NCBI GenBank assembly: GCA_021791415.1
Contig: JAJYWQ010000064.1
Location: 91,446 to 155,445, forward strand
DNA from: a bacterium
Lineage (GTDB): Bacteria > Chloroflexota > Dormibacteria > Aeolococcales > Bog-877
Reading direction: 5' to 3'
Length of the DNA stretch: 64,000 nt
Under the pieces are notes generated by a model. That model did no database searches. It worked only from the letters and a program-made list of their open reading frames with translations, and was not told where the DNA came from. Numbering within the stretch: position 1 is the first letter of the stretch; every line of letters starts with the position of its first letter. Below are positions 30,479 through 39,408 of this stretch, piece after piece. The position numbers were made by a program, and so were the translations under genes.

Positions 30479-31435
30479 ATGCGCGGAGCCCAAGCCATTG
30501 GGCGCGTCTCGATTGCTGTGGCAATGGCCGGGTTGGTCTGGGTCTCCGCCGTGCTGGGACCAGGTCCGAACACCAGGGCCCAGCAGGGACTCGCCGGTGA
30601 CCAGGCCCAACTGACCCAGCTTCTGAACCAGCTCCGAGCCCAGGGCGACCTGGCGTCTCAGAGCCAGGTGATGGCGCTCCTGACCCAGATTGAGTCGGAG
30701 CAGGGCTACTTGAAGCAGCTGAACGCCAAGCTGGCTGCGGATCAGGCGACCTCGGCGACCCTGCAGCGGCAGATGGCGGGTGATCAGATCGCCCTCACCA
30801 ACCTGGTGTCCACCGCCTACGTGGACGGCAGCGGCAGCCAGCAGGTGGCGGAGGCGCTGGCCGCACCCAACCTCGGCCAGTTCCTCGCCAGCACCGCCCT
30901 GCCGTCGGCGGTGGCATCCCAGGTCGCCCAGTTGGTGGAGACCATCAAGCACGACCAGCAGGTGGTGGCCACGGCCGCAGCGCAACTGCAGGTCGACGAG
31001 AGCCAGGCGATGGTAGCCCAGGCGCAGCTGGGGCAGCGCTCCCAGCAGCTCCTGGCCGAGCTGACAACGCCCCAGCCGGCCATCGGCACCGGAAGCTGGT
31101 CCTTCGCCTTCGGTGACTGCACCTGGTGGGTCGCCAGCCAGAGGAAGGTCACCTGGGGCGGCAACGCCTACCAGTGGTGGGCCAACGCCGCGGCTGCCGG
31201 ATACGCCGAGGGCCAGACTCCCGAGGTGGGGTCGATCGTGGTGTGGGGCATGGACGTGCCCGGAGAGAGCTGGGGGTACGGCCACGTGGCGTACGTGGTG
31301 GCGGTCAAGCCGGGGTCCTTCGAGGTCTCGGAGATGAACTTCTACGGCGTCCCGGGGGGCGGGTGGGATCGAGTCGACTACAGATGGATTCAGGATGGCG
31401 CAGGGTACCTGGGTTTCATATACGGCCCCGCTTGA
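30479..31435 (+). CDS. Secreted coiled-coil + CHAP-domain cell-wall hydrolase (PcsB/RipA-like architecture)
   Basis: Signal peptide. Long Q/A-rich coiled coil. C-terminal CHAP domain ('GDCTWWVASQRK', 'GHVAYVVAV'). GGGAGGA RBS upstream of ATG 30479. Confidence 0.75.
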   Translation: MRGAQAIGRVSIAVAMAGLVWVSAVLGPGPNTRAQQGLAGDQAQLTQLLNQLRAQGDLASQSQVMALLTQIESEQGYLKQLNAKLAADQATSATLQRQMAGDQIALTNLVSTAYVDGSGSQQVAEALAAPNLGQFLASTALPSAVASQVAQLVETIKHDQQVVATAAAQLQVDESQAMVAQAQLGQRSQQLLAELTTPQPAIGTGSWSFAFGDCTWWVASQRKVTWGGNAYQWWANAAAAGYAEGQTPEVGSIVVWGMDVPGESWGYGHVAYVVAVKPGSFEVSEMNFYGVPGGGWDRVDYRWIQDGAGYLGFIYGPA

Positions 31436-32021
31436 GCTGACGCGGGCGCCCTCGGCGCCCGCTCAGCGAAGGGCATGGCCCAGGCTGGCCTCGAGGCTAA
31501 GGTGGGGAGCCGCCGCGCTCTGCCTGGCCGCGCTGTCCCCGGCACTGGGGGCGCTCAGCACCGGGGAGGCGGTCGGCCCCCCGTCTCCCGCCCCGGCGCT
31601 GGTGGCCCAGATCGCCGCCCAGGGCCGCAACCTCCTCAGCAGCACCGGCTACGAGATCACCATGCCGCTGGCGGTGACCAAGGTGACCCCGCCTCCGCCG
31701 CCCCAGCCATCCCTCCCCTACGGCAATGCCTTCTGGCAGCCGGTGCCAGAGCCGCCGATCGGAACCATCAAGCAGATCATCTGGGCCGCCGCCCAGAAGT
31801 ACAACGTCTCCTACGCCTGGCTCCTCGGGGTGGCCCAGTGCGAGTCCGGCCTCGACCCCACCGACGTCAACCGCTCCTCCGGGGCCAGCGGGCTCTTCCA
31901 GTTCATGCCCGCCACCTTCTACGGCCACGGAGGCACCGACATCTGGAACCCCACCCAACAGGCCGACATCGCCGCCAAGATGTTCTCCATAGGGGAGTCG
32001 TCGGAGTGGGTCTGCAAGTAG
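31395..32021 (+). CDS. Lytic transglycosylase (SLT-domain) protein
   Basis: 'AQCESGLDP' and 'SGASGLFQFMPATF' SLT motifs. The only in-frame ATG (31395) overlaps the upstream gene by 41 nt, so the start is uncertain. Confidence 0.65.
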   Translation: MAQGTWVSYTAPLELTRAPSAPAQRRAWPRLASRLRWGAAALCLAALSPALGALSTGEAVGPPSPAPALVAQIAAQGRNLLSSTGYEITMPLAVTKVTPPPPPQPSLPYGNAFWQPVPEPPIGTIKQIIWAAAQKYNVSYAWLLGVAQCESGLDPTDVNRSSGASGLFQFMPATFYGHGGTDIWNPTQQADIAAKMFSIGESSEWVCK

Positions 32022-32263
32022 CCCCGTGATCTCAGGGCTGCTGGCGCGCTGGCTCCTCAGCCCGCGCTGGCGGGGCTCCCGGCTGCGCTCGGACGCAGCC
32101 GGCCTCATGATCCTTGTGGGAACTCTGTTCGGCCATCCCCCTCCCCAGCCGGAGCGCCCGGTGCCGACCGTCTTCGAGCCGGGCGCAACCCCGGCTCCGG
32201 GCCCGGCCGTCGGCGGCGAGCGGGAGGGGCGCTGAAGAGCCCGCCCGAGCATAGAATCGGGCC

Positions 32264-33436
32264 GTGGCCCAGATCCAAGCTCCGCTGCCACCTGAGCGCC
32301 TCCGCTCCTGGATGGAGGAGCGCGACGAGGTGTGGGCCGACGCCCTGGAGCGGCTGGCGGCGCTGGAGTCCCCGAGCGGCGACCTAGAGGCCATCGGCCG
32401 GTGCGGGGACCTCGTCGCCGAGCTGGCCGACCACTGGGTGCCCGGGGTGAGGGTCTCCCGGGAGACCCGGGGCGGAGTGCCCTGCCTGACCCTGACCCTG
32501 GAGGGTGACGCCGCCGCTGGAGTGCTCCTCCTCGGCCACCTGGACACCGTCTGGGGGGTGGGGACATTCCCCGGCGGGCTGCGTCGGGAGGGTCGGCGGG
32601 TGCACGGCCCGGGGGTGTTCGACATGAAGGGGGGGGTGGTCGTAGGGCTGGCGGCGATGGCCGCGGTGGCGGAGCACGGTCAGGGCCCGGGCCGCCTGAC
32701 CTTGCTCTGCACCGGTGACGAGGAGGTGGGTAGCACGGCCTCCAGGGCGACTATCGAAGAGACCGCCCGGTCGAACACCGCGGTCCTGGTCCTCGAACCA
32801 CCGGCCGGGGGCTCCCTCAAGGTGGGGAGGAAGGGGGTCGGGACCTACCGCCTTCGGCTCCACGGCCGGGCGGCGCACGCGGGCTTGGAGCCGGAGCTGG
32901 GGGTGAACGCGGTGGCGGAGCTGGCCCGCTTGGTAGACGAGGTGGGGCAGCTCGGCGACCCCCAGCTGGGGACCACCGTCACCCCTACGGTGTTCCGCGG
33001 CGGGGGGCGGGTCAACGTGGTCCCGGAGCTGGCGGAGCTGGAGGTGGACGTCCGCTTCGCCACCTCAGCTGAGGCCACCCGGGTTGACCGCGGGCTGCGC
33101 CATCTGAAGCCCCGCCACCCGGCCGCAACCCTGGAGCTGGAGGGAGGCCCCAACCGTCCCCCGCTGGAGACCTCCGCGGCGGAGGACCTCTTCGCCGTGG
33201 CCCGAGAGGTCGGCGGCTGGCTCGGCCTGCCGCCACTCCGGGCGGTGACGGTGGGCGGAGGGAGCGATGGCAACTTCACAGCCGCCCTGGGGATACGGAC
33301 CCTCGATGGGCTTGGAGTCGTCGGCGGCGGCGCTCACGCTCCGGGAGAGTGGGCGGACCTCGGCTCCCTCGCGGAGCGGGGCGCCCTGGTGGCCGGCTGC
33401 CTCTGGCAGCTGAGCGCTGGCGGGACGGGCTCGTGA
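32264..33436 (+). CDS. M20-family metallopeptidase/amidohydrolase (ArgE/DapE/carboxypeptidase-like)
   Basis: 'GHLDTVW' (HxD) and 'GDEEVGS' metal-binding motifs. Confidence 0.75.
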   Translation: MAQIQAPLPPERLRSWMEERDEVWADALERLAALESPSGDLEAIGRCGDLVAELADHWVPGVRVSRETRGGVPCLTLTLEGDAAAGVLLLGHLDTVWGVGTFPGGLRREGRRVHGPGVFDMKGGVVVGLAAMAAVAEHGQGPGRLTLLCTGDEEVGSTASRATIEETARSNTAVLVLEPPAGGSLKVGRKGVGTYRLRLHGRAAHAGLEPELGVNAVAELARLVDEVGQLGDPQLGTTVTPTVFRGGGRVNVVPELAELEVDVRFATSAEATRVDRGLRHLKPRHPAATLELEGGPNRPPLETSAAEDLFAVAREVGGWLGLPPLRAVTVGGGSDGNFTAALGIRTLDGLGVVGGGAHAPGEWADLGSLAERGALVAGCLWQLSAGGTGS

Positions 33437-34560
33437 TCGCCGAGCTCCCCCCGGTTCGCCTGGAGGGGGCACGCCTCAGGGTGGTCGCCCTTCCGTTGGT
33501 CTCGCCGTTCACGACCAGCTTCGGAACTCAGACTCGCAGGGAGGCGGTGCTGGTGGAGGTGTTCGGGGAAGGGATGCGGGGTTTTGGGGAGTGCGCCGCG
33601 GGAGTCGAGCCGGGATACTCCTACGAGACCCGGGAGACCTCGCTGGAGGCGTTGCGCCGCTACATCCTTCCCGCCGTCCTCGGGACCGACCCCTCGACCC
33701 CCACCCAGCTGGCCGCGCGCTGGAGCTGGGTCAGAGGTCACAACATGGCCAAGGCGGCGGCGGAGATGGCCATCCTCGACCTGGCGGGGAAGGCGGCTGG
33801 CATGAGCCTGGCAACCATCCTGGGAGGGACGAAGGAGGAGATCCCAAGCGGGGTCAGCATCGGTATCCAACCCTCCCTCCCAGCCACCCTGACGATGATC
33901 GAGGGTTACCTGGCCGAGGGTTACCGGCGCATCAAGCTCAAGTGCAAGCCCGGATACGACCTCGAGCTGGCGGCGGAGGTCCGGCGGGCTTTCCCCTCCA
34001 CCCCCCTGATGCTGGACGCCAACAGCGCCTACAGCCTCTCCGACCTGGAGAGGCTCCGCCAGCTGGACAGCTTCGACCTCATGATGATCGAGCAGCCTCT
34101 GGCGCATGACGACCTGGTGGACCATGCGGCCCTCCAGTCCCAGATGGAGACGCCGATCTGCCTGGACGAGAGCGTGGAGTCCATGGCGGACCTCAGGGCC
34201 GCGTTCCGCCTCGGCTCGGGCCGGATCCTCAACATCAAGGCGGGGCGAGTGGCCGGGCTGATGCCCGCTGTGGCGATCCACGACGCCTGCCTCTCCCAGG
34301 GCTGGCCGGTGTGGTGCGGGGGAATGCTGGAGACCGGTATCGGGCGAGCGGCCAACCTGGCTCTCGCCTCCCTCCCGGGCTTCACCCTGCCCGGGGACAC
34401 GTCGGCCAGCGACCGCTACTACCGCCAGGACATCCTGGAGACCCCCTTCCGCCTTTCTCCGCAAGGGACCCTGCCGGTGCCGCAGGGTCCCGGGCTCGGG
34501 GTGGTGGTCGACGAGGCCGCCCTCGACCGTGCGTCGGTGCACCTGGAGGTGATCTCCTGA
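33433..34560 (+). CDS. Enolase-superfamily enzyme, N-acylamino-acid racemase / o-succinylbenzoate synthase type
   Basis: 'KLKCKPGYD' (KxK), 'LMLDANSAY', 'IEQPL' and 'CLDES' metal/acid-base residues. GTGA overlap with the M20 gene. Confidence 0.8.
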   Translation: MIAELPPVRLEGARLRVVALPLVSPFTTSFGTQTRREAVLVEVFGEGMRGFGECAAGVEPGYSYETRETSLEALRRYILPAVLGTDPSTPTQLAARWSWVRGHNMAKAAAEMAILDLAGKAAGMSLATILGGTKEEIPSGVSIGIQPSLPATLTMIEGYLAEGYRRIKLKCKPGYDLELAAEVRRAFPSTPLMLDANSAYSLSDLERLRQLDSFDLMMIEQPLAHDDLVDHAALQSQMETPICLDESVESMADLRAAFRLGSGRILNIKAGRVAGLMPAVAIHDACLSQGWPVWCGGMLETGIGRAANLALASLPGFTLPGDTSASDRYYRQDILETPFRLSPQGTLPVPQGPGLGVVVDEAALDRASVHLEVIS

Positions 34561-34591
34561 GACACCAGGCGGACCTTCCGGGCCAGGGCTG

Positions 34592-35218
34592 ATGGGGCAG
34601 GTCGTGGTGGTGGGGAGCGCGGAGCTCGCCGAGCGGGTGCGCCGGCTGCTGCCCAACTTCGAAGTGCTGGGACCGGACTCCGAGCCCGAGCTCGAGGACC
34701 CGGTCTCCTCCCTGGAGACCGTCCGCACCCTTTTGGACTCCGGCTCCGCCCCGGACTCCCTGGTCTGCTCCGCCCTCCCCGGGTTCGCCCTCCTCGGCCA
34801 GGTCCCACGGCTGTCGCCGTCGCGCTGCTTTGTGACCCCCGAGGGCTCCGCATGGCCCGGGGAGACCGTCCGCTGGATGGCGGAGGCAGTCGGCATGATC
34901 GTCCTGCCGGGCCTCGAGGCGCTTCCAGCGATGCTCCTGGGTCGGTCGGCGCCCCCTCCGCCGCCGCCCCGGGGCCTCACGGCGGTGGTCGAGACGGCAG
35001 CCGCGCCACCACGCCCTCAGAGCCCCGCCATCCCGCCTCCCTCCGCCCCGACCTACGACTGGGCCGCCGAGACCCCGGTGCAGGTGCCCCCGCCACCGGT
35101 CTCCCTCGACCCCACTCCGGTACCGGCCGCGCCCCAGGTCATAGACGCCGGTGGCCCGCCGCAGACGGCCTACGAGCCCACCGACGTGCTGAGACCGCTG
35201 CGGCCCCGGAGGCGCTGA
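34592..35218 (+). CDS. Hypothetical protein with Pro-rich C-terminus
   Basis: The ORF has a plausible globular N-terminal ~120 aa. No family recognised. Confidence 0.4.
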   Translation: MGQVVVVGSAELAERVRRLLPNFEVLGPDSEPELEDPVSSLETVRTLLDSGSAPDSLVCSALPGFALLGQVPRLSPSRCFVTPEGSAWPGETVRWMAEAVGMIVLPGLEALPAMLLGRSAPPPPPPRGLTAVVETAAAPPRPQSPAIPPPSAPTYDWAAETPVQVPPPPVSLDPTPVPAAPQVIDAGGPPQTAYEPTDVLRPLRPRRR

Positions 35219-35225
35219 GAAGGAC

Positions 35226-35633
35226 ATGCCCAGCAACCCGCTCAGGCGGCGTCCGACCTCATCCCAGTTGGCCGAGCGTGCCCGCGCCGAGCTGCAACGC
35301 GCCCTGGCTGTGGTGGACGAGGCAGCCGCCACCGGCAACCTGGCGCGGCTCGGGCTGGCCCTCAGCGGGGACGCCCTGAGCGAGGTCCAGGCGCGCTTCC
35401 ACGCCTACCAGATGGCCGGCATCCAGGTGAGTCCCTTCCGCGAGGGGCTGCAGATCGAGGTGCTGGAGGAGAGCACCCAGGAGCGCGTCTGGCTCCGGGT
35501 CCGCTACCGGGACCGGACGGGATTCCTCGCCGCCAGGGTGGCGCCGGCCACCGCCGGCGACCCGGTCGAGCTGAGGGTCGGACTGGACGCCACCCAGACG
35601 CCCTGGCGCATCACGACGCTCATCGCCAGCTGA
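35226..35633 (+). CDS. Hypothetical protein
   Basis: 135-aa ORF with balanced composition (F/Y/W/I present). No family recognised. Confidence 0.4.
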   Translation: MPSNPLRRRPTSSQLAERARAELQRALAVVDEAAATGNLARLGLALSGDALSEVQARFHAYQMAGIQVSPFREGLQIEVLEESTQERVWLRVRYRDRTGFLAARVAPATAGDPVELRVGLDATQTPWRITTLIAS

Positions 35634-35698
35634 TCGGCGGCCGAAGGACGGCGTGCTAGGCTGGGAGTCCCCCGGCGCCCACGTGAGAGAAGGAAGCC

Positions 35699-36136
35699 AT
35701 GACCAACCCCCCTGACGCCGACCCGGAGCTGGAACCCGCCGCGGGCGGGCTGGACGCCGAGGAGCCGCTCGAGGATGACGTCCTTGAGGAGGAGGTGCTG
35801 GAAGAGGAGGTCCCGGTCGCTCGCCCCGCGCCCCGCCCCGCTCCTCCGCGGCCGTGGGGTGGAAGCCGCAGCAACGTCTCGGCTGAGGACCTGCCCCCCG
35901 AGGAGCTGACACCGGAGATGCGGTGGCCCCCGGGCAGCTGGGTGCGCGTCACCGACGTGGTCCGGCACAGCACCGGAGAGCCGATCGCCGGGATCCAGGT
36001 CGGCGACGTGGGCCAGGTGGTGGCGGCACTCTCCCAGACCCTGGTGGTTCTCTTCCCCACCCGCGACAACCGCCGGGAGGTGCTGCACATCGAGTCCATC
36101 GAGGCGGTGGACTCCCCGGCCGGGACGGCCCCCTGA
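35699..36136 (+). CDS. Hypothetical acidic protein
   Basis: Asp/Glu-rich N-terminus. The globular C-terminal ~70 aa ('WVRVTDVVRHSTGEPIAGIQVGDVGQVV...') resembles a small beta-barrel domain. Confidence 0.4.
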   Translation: MTNPPDADPELEPAAGGLDAEEPLEDDVLEEEVLEEEVPVARPAPRPAPPRPWGGSRSNVSAEDLPPEELTPEMRWPPGSWVRVTDVVRHSTGEPIAGIQVGDVGQVVAALSQTLVVLFPTRDNRREVLHIESIEAVDSPAGTAP

Positions 36137-36147
36137 GCCCCGACCGG

Positions 36148-36504
36148 GTGGGGCGAGAGACGCTGGCCCTCAGGGGGCTTCGCTACTTCGGCCGCCACGG
36201 GGCACATCCGGCCGAGCGCGAGCTCGGATCGCACGTGGAGGTGGACGTGGAGGTGGACGCCGACCTGGCGCTCGCCGTGGCCAGCGATCGCCTGGAGGAC
36301 ACCCTCAGCTACTCCCTGGTGGAGGCGGCTGTTCGGAGGGTGGTCCAGGGGTCGGAGTTCAACCTCCTGGAGGCGCTCGCCGGAGCGATCGCGGAGGCGG
36401 TGCTGGCGCTCCCGCGGGCGGAGCGGGTCACGGTCCGCGTCACCAAGGCGCCCCGCCTCCCCTCCCAGACGGCCGGCTTCACCTTCGAGCTCCGCCGGCC
36501 CTGA
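36148..36504 (+). CDS. folB: Dihydroneopterin aldolase
   Basis: 'LRGLRYFGRHGAHPAERELGSHVEVDVEV...DTLSYSLV...FNLLEALAGAIA' matches the FolB family pattern. GTG start. Confidence 0.7.
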   Translation: MGRETLALRGLRYFGRHGAHPAERELGSHVEVDVEVDADLALAVASDRLEDTLSYSLVEAAVRRVVQGSEFNLLEALAGAIAEAVLALPRAERVTVRVTKAPRLPSQTAGFTFELRRP

Positions 36505-36656
36505 GCCCACCGCCGGCCGGACGGCGGACGTTGGTGTGCGGCGATGGGAGTGGGCAGCTCCGGGGAGCTCGAAGGCGATGGCGAGACCGGGGGACCGGGC
36601 GCGGGCCGGCCGGGTGGGCCGTGATCCTGGCTCCAGACGGTGGGCGTGAGGAGCCG

Positions 36657-36914
36657 ATGGCCCTCGGGCTGCCGCCGGCCCGCCTGGCCCTCCTGGGGCT
36701 CGTGGTGGCGGGAGGGGCGGCGGCGCTGCGGGCTCCGCTCCCGCTGGAGCCGAGAGCTGTCCTGGCCGGGCTGGTGCTCGGCCCGGGCTCGCTCCTCGCC
36801 TGGGCCAGGCTGCTGGAGCTCTCCGCCCTGGGCTGGTGCGAGCGGCTGGCCGCCTACTGGCTGCGCTCCCTCGCCGGGCTGGCGGAACGGTCGTCTTGGA
36901 TGGATGCCGCATAG
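36657..36914 (+). CDS. Small two-TM membrane protein, VirB3/TcpE-like (set B)
   Basis: GAGGAG RBS. 'GLPPARLALLGLVVAGGAAAL' parallels 'GLTTPQLGWLGGAAAL' of the set-A protein. It overlaps the downstream ATPase ORF by up to 79 nt, so it may be shorter or spurious. Confidence 0.4.
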   Translation: MALGLPPARLALLGLVVAGGAAALRAPLPLEPRAVLAGLVLGPGSLLAWARLLELSALGWCERLAAYWLRSLAGLAERSSWMDAA

Positions 36915-38800
36915 CTCCAGCGAGGTCTTCCGAGGCCGAGCGGGCGATCGAGGTCGCCGGGCCGGACATCCTCGACGCCCGCCCTGTGCCCAGAGCCCAG
37001 CTGCTGGCCGGGTTCGAGGCCTGGCTGGACCAGCTGGATGCCCCGGTCCGCCTCACCGTCACCTCGCGAGCCGCTGAGGGCCGGCGCCGGCGGTCGGTCT
37101 GGCTGCGGTCGGCCGGCGCCGAACGGGCCCCCCAGGCGGCGGCGCAGCTGGAGAGGCTCTGCGGGGCGAAGGTGCGCGGATCGAGGACCTTCCCGCCCCT
37201 GGTGGAGGGTCCCGGCCGGGAGCGAGTCACCGGAGTCGATTGGGCGGGCCGGTGGGTGGAGTGCCTCCGCCTCACCACGCTGCCACGGGTCCCGGTCGAA
37301 GCGGGTTGGCTGTGGCAGCTGGTGGGCGAGCCTCAGGACCTCGATCTCACCGTGAGCATTTCGCCGGTGGCCGCCGGCACCGCCGACCGCCGACTCCGCC
37401 ACCGCTTGAGGGAGCTGGCCGCCCGCGAGCTGGAGACAGATCGGGGGATGCCCGACCCGGCCCTGGTGGTCGAGAGAGCTGCGGCCACCCGCCTCAGGGA
37501 GGTTCTGGCGCGGGGAGAGGGGCGGGCGTTCGAGGTGGCGGTCTCGATGGCGGTCGGGGGAGGTGCCGTGGCGGAGGTGAGGGCGGCCGCGGCGCGGCTG
37601 CGACGCCGGGCGCTGGGGATGCGGGCCCAGCTGGCCCCGGCCTGGCTGGACGAGGGTCCGGCCCTGCTGGAGGCGAGGGGATGTCGGAGGCCGCGACGAC
37701 CCTTCATCCGGCTGCTCACCACCCCCGAGGTGGCCACCTTCTGGCCCTGGTTGGACGGGCCAGGGGAGCTGGAGCCGCAGAGCTGCCGGATTGGCCGCCA
37801 CCTGCGCACCCAGGGGCCGGTGGGACTGAAGCTGGCCGCGTCGGCCGCCGCCCCCAACTCCAACTGTTGCGTCATCGCCACCTCGGGCGCGGGCAAGTCC
37901 TACCTGGCGCGCGTGGTGGGTGCGGCTCAGGCGCTGGCCGGGACCCAGACGGTGGTCGTGGACCCCGAGAACGAGCACCGGCTCTGGTGTGAGGCCGTGG
38001 GCGGGCGCTACCTCGACCTGGGCCGGGGCGGCGGGCTCGGCTTCAACGTCTTCGAGGCCGGCACTCCCGGCGAGGGGGAGCTCGCCGCCCGGGAGCTGGT
38101 CGAGCTGTTGGCCGGCCCCCTCTCGCCGGCGGAGGCCGGCGCCTTCCTGGAGGGGTGCGCCGCTGCCCGGCCGAGTGCCGGTGGCCGGACACCTGTGCTG
38201 GCGGACCTGCTGGGGAGGCTGGCCGGCGACCCCCACGGACGGAGCCTGGCCGCCCGGCTGCGGCCGTGGGTCGAGGGGCCAGCCGGGCTGCTCTTCAGCG
38301 GTCCCGGCCGGGGCCCGGAGGTGACCCGCGCCCTGGGGGTGGGGCTGCGCGACCTTCCCGAGCGCTGGCGCGCGGGGGCCGCCTTCCTGGTTTCGCGATG
38401 GCTGTGGGCCTGGGCCCAACGGGAGCCCGGTCCCAAGCAGGTCATCATCGACGAGGCCGGCCTGCTGGCCGCCCAGCCCCAGCTGGCCGAGCTGATGGGG
38501 CAGATGGCCCGGCGGCTGCGCAAGTATTCCGGCTCCCTGCTGCTTCTGACCCAGACGCCCCGCGACCTGGCGGTCGAGGGATTTGGCGAGCTGGTCGCCA
38601 GCAACTCCGCGACCCTCCTGGTGGGGTCGTCGACGGGGCCCGGGGTCCAACGCCTCAGATCGGGCTTCCACCTCAGCGACGAGGACTGCGAGTGGCTGCA
38701 GCGGTGCTCCCGAGGGGAGTTCCTCATGCTGGCCGGGGCCACCCAGGCCCGGGTCAGGGTGGAGGCGCCCGACGAGGGGACGGGCGACGACCGGGGATAG
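36836..38800 (+). CDS. VirB4/TrbE-family T4SS ATPase, second paralogue (set B)
   Basis: Walker A 'CVIATSGAGKSYLARVV' followed by 'VVDPENEH'. Walker B 'VIIDEAGLL'. 'LLLLTQTP'. The N-terminal region aligns with the set-A VirB4 ('GGTVVLDG...PRAQLLAGFEAWLDQL' vs 'GGVVRLRDG...ERQLIWRRYWRAL'). The GTG 36836 start is uncertain. Confidence 0.8.
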   Translation: MRAAGRLLAALPRRAGGTVVLDGCRIAPARSSEAERAIEVAGPDILDARPVPRAQLLAGFEAWLDQLDAPVRLTVTSRAAEGRRRRSVWLRSAGAERAPQAAAQLERLCGAKVRGSRTFPPLVEGPGRERVTGVDWAGRWVECLRLTTLPRVPVEAGWLWQLVGEPQDLDLTVSISPVAAGTADRRLRHRLRELAARELETDRGMPDPALVVERAAATRLREVLARGEGRAFEVAVSMAVGGGAVAEVRAAAARLRRRALGMRAQLAPAWLDEGPALLEARGCRRPRRPFIRLLTTPEVATFWPWLDGPGELEPQSCRIGRHLRTQGPVGLKLAASAAAPNSNCCVIATSGAGKSYLARVVGAAQALAGTQTVVVDPENEHRLWCEAVGGRYLDLGRGGGLGFNVFEAGTPGEGELAARELVELLAGPLSPAEAGAFLEGCAAARPSAGGRTPVLADLLGRLAGDPHGRSLAARLRPWVEGPAGLLFSGPGRGPEVTRALGVGLRDLPERWRAGAAFLVSRWLWAWAQREPGPKQVIIDEAGLLAAQPQLAELMGQMARRLRKYSGSLLLLTQTPRDLAVEGFGELVASNSATLLVGSSTGPGVQRLRSGFHLSDEDCEWLQRCSRGEFLMLAGATQARVRVEAPDEGTGDDRG

Positions 38801-38809
38801 AATCGCCCC

Positions 38810-39406
38810 ATGGGTCGGGTGGTGCGCTACCGACTGCTCAACTCCGGCCGTGCCCCCGCAGCCGCCTGGGAGGAGGCTGTTCGCCAGTTCGCGGCCACCC
38901 GCAGCTGGCGGGAGGGGGAGATGTGGCTGGCGACCGACGCCTCCCGCGGCCTCTTCGAGTCCGAATACCTCCGCCACCTGCGGCTGGAGACCCCCGACCC
39001 CATCCTGGGGGCGGGCTTCGTCAAGGTGGAGGGCGACGAGACCGACGCTCTGGCTGTCTGCTTCGGGCTCCTGCGGATGACCGAGGAGCAGGGGGGGCGC
39101 GTTCTCATCGACGACCTGGACAACCCCATCCGCAAGCAGCGGCGGCTGGAGTTCATCGAGGGAAGGGTCAGTGGACCCCACACCATCGACGAGCTGATGG
39201 TCGCCGGGCCGATCTTCAAGCGGCTGCCCCGGGCGACCATCACCTTCTACCCCCCGCGCTATAGGGGCCGGACCCTTCCCGGCCCGAACACTCCCGCGGG
39301 GCAGTGGGGCTTCGCCCTCCAGGGGATGCGCGCCGCGGCGGGCGGCTTCCTGGAGGCGGAGGCGGAGGCGATGCGGATCTACCGCGGCCTGCAGGCGATC
39401 GGCTGA
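38810..39406 (+). CDS. Hypothetical protein encoded between the second VirB4-like gene and dtd
   Basis: 198-aa ORF with balanced composition and no TM. No family recognised. Confidence 0.5.
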   Translation: MGRVVRYRLLNSGRAPAAAWEEAVRQFAATRSWREGEMWLATDASRGLFESEYLRHLRLETPDPILGAGFVKVEGDETDALAVCFGLLRMTEEQGGRVLIDDLDNPIRKQRRLEFIEGRVSGPHTIDELMVAGPIFKRLPRATITFYPPRYRGRTLPGPNTPAGQWGFALQGMRAAAGGFLEAEAEAMRIYRGLQAIG

Positions 39407-39408
39407 CC

